Assembly (NCBI GenBank): GCA_039028615.1
Contig: JBCCHT010000030.1
Coordinates: 28,151 to 92,150 of the forward strand
From: Myxococcota bacterium
Lineage (GTDB): Bacteria; Myxococcota_A; Polyangia; Nannocystales; Nannocystaceae
Direction of reading: 5' to 3'
DNA length: 64,000 nucleotides
This document shows positions 59,987-64,000 of this stretch, in pieces; position 1 is the first letter of the stretch; the number at the start of each line of letters is the position of its first letter. The notes under the pieces are model-generated. The model made no database searches. It saw nothing but the letters and a program-made list of their open reading frames with translations, and had not been told where the DNA came from. The translations under genes and the position numbers were made by a program.

Positions 59987-60505
59987 TTATCCCTCCGAGT
60001 CTTCTCCGATCGTGGTGCCGCCGGTCGAGGTCTCTCCCATGGTGGTGCTGCCGTACGTGTCGGTATCGGTGTCGGTGGTGCCGCCCGTGGTGCCGGCCAC
60101 CTCGGTGTCGTAGTTGTCGCTGTCCCACCAAGAGTCGGTCTCGTCGGGACCCGCATACGTCGATGCCTCGCCGTAGGTCGTCGGATCACCCGCGCTGTCG
60201 TTTCCCTGCGTATTGCCGCCAGACTGCGACGTAGCGGGGTCTTGGGTGGTATTTCCCGGTCCCGGGTTGGTGTTGCCCGCGGAGTCGGAATCGGGATCCG
60301 GGTCGGCCTCCGAGTCGCCGTCTCCGGCCGTTTCCGTCGGCTCGGGGACGTCGATGCATCCCGTGGCCCCGAACCCGAGGATGAGACCGAGGCCGAGCAC
60401 CATGCGCAGGGAGGGGGCAGGAGTGGACTGTTGAGCGGTCGCACAGAAGGGGCACCGCCCCGCCTGGGCGGCGATGAAACGGGAGCAAGAATGACAAGTC
60501 TTCAT
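59987..60505 (-). CDS. hypothetical protein: N-terminal zinc-ribbon (CHSC..CPFC), one TM helix, acidic Thr/Gly/Asp-rich tail
   Basis: MKTCHSCSRFIAAQAGRCPFC; MVLGLGLILGFGATGC. Confidence 0.45.
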   Translation of the reverse strand: MKTCHSCSRFIAAQAGRCPFCATAQQSTPAPSLRMVLGLGLILGFGATGCIDVPEPTETAGDGDSEADPDPDSDSAGNTNPGPGNTTQDPATSQSGGNTQGNDSAGDPTTYGEASTYAGPDETDSWWDSDNYDTEVAGTTGGTTDTDTDTYGSTTMGETSTGGTTIGEDSEG

Positions 60506-60547
60506 AACGTCGACCCACGAGTGTCGACCTCGACCCGATCGATCGCT

Positions 60548-61438
60548 ATGCTTTCGAACATGGACTTAGCTTGGAAATCCGCTGCGGCGGGCGGCCTGCT
60601 GGCGGCCATCCTCGTGGCCCCTGCGTGCACCGACGGCGGCGAAGAGCCGCTCGCGGACGGCGCCGGAACCGGGTCGAACGCCGACGACGATGGCCCGGGC
60701 CCTCTGGACAGCGCCCCCGGCACCACGACCACCACCACGGGCGGAAACGGCGGGGGTGAGCCCGAGGGCGACGGGACCATCGACGACGGCGGCTCGGGTG
60801 GGGCCGAAGAGTCGGGGACCGGCTTCGGCATGGACGACGACATGCCGCTGGTCGCCGACATCCCCAGCATCAAGATGGGCGAAGTGGCGATCGGCGAGTG
60901 GGTCCACATTCCCGATGCCATCGCCACGACCCGCGACGTCGGCTACGAAGAGGGCTGGCGCGAGCTGTGTGTCCAAGACCCGATCGGTGGGCAGTACTCG
61001 GGTGTCGTGGTGCAGGTACCCGACAACAACGAATTCTTCGTACCCGGCGACCCGGTCGAAGTCGTCGGAGTCGTGCGACAAGGCCTCGGTTATGTGTATA
61101 TCGATGCCACCGGCCGCAACGACGAGATCGACGTGACGGGCGACGATTGGCCCGAGCTCACGCCGGTCGACCTCGACGTCAACACCATCTTCCCCTTCAG
61201 CCCCACCTTGCCCGCTCACCAGGCGGTGGTGGTGCGACTGCAGAACCTCAAGGTCACCAGCGTGCAGCCCAGCGGGAGTGCGGTGCTCGATGGGCGCGTG
61301 GTCGTCGACGAGCGCTACTCGGGCGAGCTGCCCCCGCTCGAGGTCGGAGACACGCTCTCCGAGGCACTGGGGCCGCTGCTGCTGACCCCCGATGGCATCG
61401 CCATCGCGCCGCGTTCGGCCGACGACCTCGTGCCGTAG
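60548..61438 (+). CDS. putative lipoprotein (296 aa) with Gly/Asp-rich linker
   Basis: signal/lipobox LLAAILVAPAC; 3' portion of ORF 59900..61438. Confidence 0.5.
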   Translation: MLSNMDLAWKSAAAGGLLAAILVAPACTDGGEEPLADGAGTGSNADDDGPGPLDSAPGTTTTTTGGNGGGEPEGDGTIDDGGSGGAEESGTGFGMDDDMPLVADIPSIKMGEVAIGEWVHIPDAIATTRDVGYEEGWRELCVQDPIGGQYSGVVVQVPDNNEFFVPGDPVEVVGVVRQGLGYVYIDATGRNDEIDVTGDDWPELTPVDLDVNTIFPFSPTLPAHQAVVVRLQNLKVTSVQPSGSAVLDGRVVVDERYSGELPPLEVGDTLSEALGPLLLTPDGIAIAPRSADDLVP

Positions 61439-62199
61439 CGCCAGCGCAGCAGCGTCCAGCCGTCCACGAGCACCGTCGCGCACAGCAGCCAGACGCTCAC
61501 CGCATTGTTGGGTGAGCGCTGGCACAGCTCGGCGGCGAAGCCCGGGTCATGGGGAAAACCGAGGGTGTTGACCCCGAGGACCACCACGCCCGCGGCGGCA
61601 CGGAAGACCAGACCCCAGCCCGAGACCTCGCCTCCCCGGGCGACCCGGACCGCGAACGCCAGCGCGATCACCAGGTTGATGCCGAACGCCAGCGTCGCAC
61701 CCAGGGCCCACGTTTGCACGGCCCATAGGTTGAGCACCGTCGCGCCGAAGAGGGCAACGAGAACGACGCCGGACACCACCATGGACCGCGTCCGCCTCAG
61801 CCCCTGCACCACGATCACCGAGTTCAAGACCAGCCAGGTGCCCTCGAGCACGTCCATGGCCGCGGTACCGTCGAAGCGTATGAACACGGTGTGGCACAGC
61901 TCGTGTCCCCACATCAGGCACGCGACGAGCAACGGGATACCGGGTTCGCGGCTTCGATTCAGGATGATGGAGGAGTAGGTCGACATCCACAGGAGCACGG
62001 CTACAGCCCCTCCGGCTGCGACGAAGGGGCCGCGGTCGATCACCCCGCAATTGCGCCCGATGGCGGCGGCCATGGCCTCGCGCTGGGCAAAACCCCCCGG
62101 ACGCAGCGCGGTCGCGACGACCCCCAACAGCAGCGCGGCCCCGATGAGCGCGAGGTGCAGCGCAATGGTTCGCCCAATCGAGGGAACGCGCCGATTCAT
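61315..62199 (-). CDS. polytopic membrane protein with HExxH (GHELCH) in a TM segment; putative intramembrane metalloprotease-like
   Basis: start MNRRVPSIG (ATGA overlap with upstream FAD-oxidoreductase stop); LLVACLMWGHELCHTVF; 3' end overlaps lipoprotein gene by ~120 bp, model uncertain. Confidence 0.45.
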   Translation of the reverse strand: MNRRVPSIGRTIALHLALIGAALLLGVVATALRPGGFAQREAMAAAIGRNCGVIDRGPFVAAGGAVAVLLWMSTYSSIILNRSREPGIPLLVACLMWGHELCHTVFIRFDGTAAMDVLEGTWLVLNSVIVVQGLRRTRSMVVSGVVLVALFGATVLNLWAVQTWALGATLAFGINLVIALAFAVRVARGGEVSGWGLVFRAAAGVVVLGVNTLGFPHDPGFAAELCQRSPNNAVSVWLLCATVLVDGWTLLRWRYGTRSSAERGAMAMPSGVSSSGPSASESVSPTSSGGSSPE

Positions 62200-63638
62200 G
62201 GCCTCAGCACCGAGATGCGGTCTCCACCCGCCGAACGCCGGTTCGCCAGCGAAGCCGCCTTCAGCCACAACAGCGACGACCAACTGCGCCACTGCAAGGG
62301 TCGATACAGGAGTTGGAACACTCGATCCGTACACTCGGGATCGTGAGTCGTGCGCTCCATTAGGGCCTCGATTGCGGTGTGCAGCGTGGGCTGGACCCGC
62401 AGCCAGGGTCGGAGCGCCGACGCGTCGACGGGCTCGCCATTGCGATGTACTCGGGTCCCGGGCAGAGCGAGATCATCCAAGTATGCGAAGGCAATGGCCA
62501 TGAGCGACTCACGACTGGCGCGGGCATGAAAACGGCGGGCGAAGCTGGGCCCGGTCCCCACCTCGTCGTAGGTCCGGGCCAGGGTCAGCGCATCGAGGGT
62601 GGCCAACGTGAGCCCGGTGCCGTACGCGGGGTTCAGCGAGCGCAGAGCGTCACCGATCGACGCGGAATTGGGCGGTAGCGCTCGGGAGACCGCATCATAG
62701 CGGTTGACTCGACTCGACAGCCTTCGCCACAGCCGGGGGCGCTCGAGGCTCGGCGTGAGCGACTGCAGCTCGCTCGCAAAGGGCCGATCCTGAGCGCGCA
62801 GAAACTCGAGCATCGCCGCATTGGTGCGGGGAGGAACGCCGTGGGGACGACCGTAGGGCTCGGGGAGATCGGGCTCGAGGCCCATCGCGTTGACGATCCA
62901 GCCGTCGGGCAGCGAGTGCGCCAGCAGCCCCTGGGGACGCGCCCGCGCGTGCAGCTTGCGATAGTAGAAGTACGGTCGGCGAGGCGAATCTCCCATGAAG
63001 TGCTGACATGCATAGAACGCACGAGACTGCACTCGTTCGTAGGGCACTTGCACACTCGCGTGTCGTTGCAACAGTTTCGGCCACGGGCTGCTGCGCCCCA
63101 TCGCGTCGACCAACAGGTCGCAGGCGATGCGCCGGACTGGCTCGCGGCGCGGTGCCACCTCGACCCACGCGACCTGGCCACGAGCACCGAGCCCGACCTC
63201 CAACAGGCGCGTCTCGTCGCACACCGTAATCCGGGGGTGCGCCCGCGCCCGTTCCCGCAGGGCCCGCTGGAGGTCCCTACGGCGAAACAAGACGGTGTGA
63301 ATCGTCGCAGTTCGAGGCCCTACGGCGCGCTGGCTGCCCCCGTGGAACTGCACGTGGCGGGCATCCCAAGGCAATCCCCAGGCTCGTTCATCACGCTCGA
63401 GGGCCTCCAGCACGCCGGGCGCGATACGGCACAGGTTCTCGAGCCCCAGCCCCAGCAGGACATGGGGAAAGAAGTCGTGCCGCGGGCCACCCGCGTGTCG
63501 ATCGATCACCCAGACCTGCTCGATCTGCGGGCGGCGAACGAGCTCGAGCGCAGCCAACAGCCCCGCCGGACCCGCCCCGAGTATGACGACTTCGTCTCGA
63601 ATCAATTGCACACTTTCATTCGACGACTCGGGTTTCAC
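62196..63638 (-). CDS. FAD-dependent oxidoreductase (geranylgeranyl-reductase/halogenase-like flavoprotein)
   Basis: VVILGAGPAGLLAALEL Rossmann dinucleotide motif; GTG start. Confidence 0.75.
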   Translation of the reverse strand: MKPESSNESVQLIRDEVVILGAGPAGLLAALELVRRPQIEQVWVIDRHAGGPRHDFFPHVLLGLGLENLCRIAPGVLEALERDERAWGLPWDARHVQFHGGSQRAVGPRTATIHTVLFRRRDLQRALRERARAHPRITVCDETRLLEVGLGARGQVAWVEVAPRREPVRRIACDLLVDAMGRSSPWPKLLQRHASVQVPYERVQSRAFYACQHFMGDSPRRPYFYYRKLHARARPQGLLAHSLPDGWIVNAMGLEPDLPEPYGRPHGVPPRTNAAMLEFLRAQDRPFASELQSLTPSLERPRLWRRLSSRVNRYDAVSRALPPNSASIGDALRSLNPAYGTGLTLATLDALTLARTYDEVGTGPSFARRFHARASRESLMAIAFAYLDDLALPGTRVHRNGEPVDASALRPWLRVQPTLHTAIEALMERTTHDPECTDRVFQLLYRPLQWRSWSSLLWLKAASLANRRSAGGDRISVLRP

Positions 63639-63656
63639 ATGCCACCTTGGTCGACC

Positions 63657-64000
63657 ATGTCGTGGATCGTCGTCGCCTCGATTTCCACTCTCGGGTCTGT
63701 ACTCTGGGTCATCACGTATGGACTCATCGCCCTCCGGGCCCGACGTGATCGGCAGTACGGCATGCCCTTGGCGGCGATCTCGGTGAACATCGGCTGGGAG
63801 CTGACGTGGGGGTTCTTGCGGGTGCCCGTGGTCGCAGGCGGCGTCCTGCTCCCTGTGGTCGTGTGGGCCCAGCGGGTGTGGTTTCTCGTCGATCTCGTGC
63901 TGTTGGCCCAGGTCGTCGTCTACGGGTGGTCGGCCCGCTCGACCGTGGCCGCACGTCGACGTTGGGTCGTCACCGTGCTGGCGTGGCTGGTCTTCGGCTT
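63657..64000 (+). CDS. membrane protein, partial (continues past window end)
   Basis: manual translation MSWIVVASISTLGSVLWVITYGLIALRARRDRQYGMPLAAISVNIGWELTWGFLRVPVVAGG..; no stop before 64000. Confidence 0.35.
   Translation, partial: MSWIVVASISTLGSVLWVITYGLIALRARRDRQYGMPLAAISVNIGWELTWGFLRVPVVAGGVLLPVVVWAQRVWFLVDLVLLAQVVVYGWSARSTVAARRRWVVTVLAWLVFG

Overview
This 64 kb window is about 70% GC and gene-dense, and reads like a chromosomal accessory region of a myxobacterium (Myxococcota). Supporting features are many Hanks-type Ser/Thr kinases, ECF sigma factors, a MYXO-CTERM-like sorting tail, numerous Cys-rich lipoproteins and the helicase Lhr. I call about 50 protein-coding genes and find no rRNA, tRNA or CRISPR array. 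All family assignments rest on motif recognition by eye, without database searches.

The most interesting items are:
- **Candidate RiPP cluster (54201-58288, minus strand).** A Nif11-like leader peptide precursor (leader ending ..AVTGG, core AQCTPVWKGGASQL) sits next to a cytochrome P450, a DUF924-fusion protein and an O-methyltransferase.
- **PLAT-metzincin fusion (10687-12462).** Three tandem PLAT/LH2-like domains are fused to a minimal metzincin HExxHxxGxxH protease, in a neighbourhood of unknown proteins.
- **Low-GC islet (13692-16092).** A 2.3 kb islet is bounded by 54-bp direct repeats that duplicate the 3' end of a host gene. It carries a pentapeptide-repeat membrane protein containing a perfect 15-bp x8 tandem repeat.
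- **Glycoside-hydrolase fusion (23272-28290).** A 1672-aa GH15 + CBM48 + GH13 ORF has an internal MYXO-CTERM-like/lipoprotein-signal-like hydrophobic hairpin.
- **Prenyl synthase pair (2642-5062).** A prenyl diphosphate synthase is translationally coupled to an unknown 467-aa protein with an NSE/DTE-like motif.
- **STAND-like pair (40660-44405).** A P-loop NTPase gene overlaps a downstream TPR-protein gene by 4 bp.

Long antisense ORFs in the track are treated as high-GC shadow frames.
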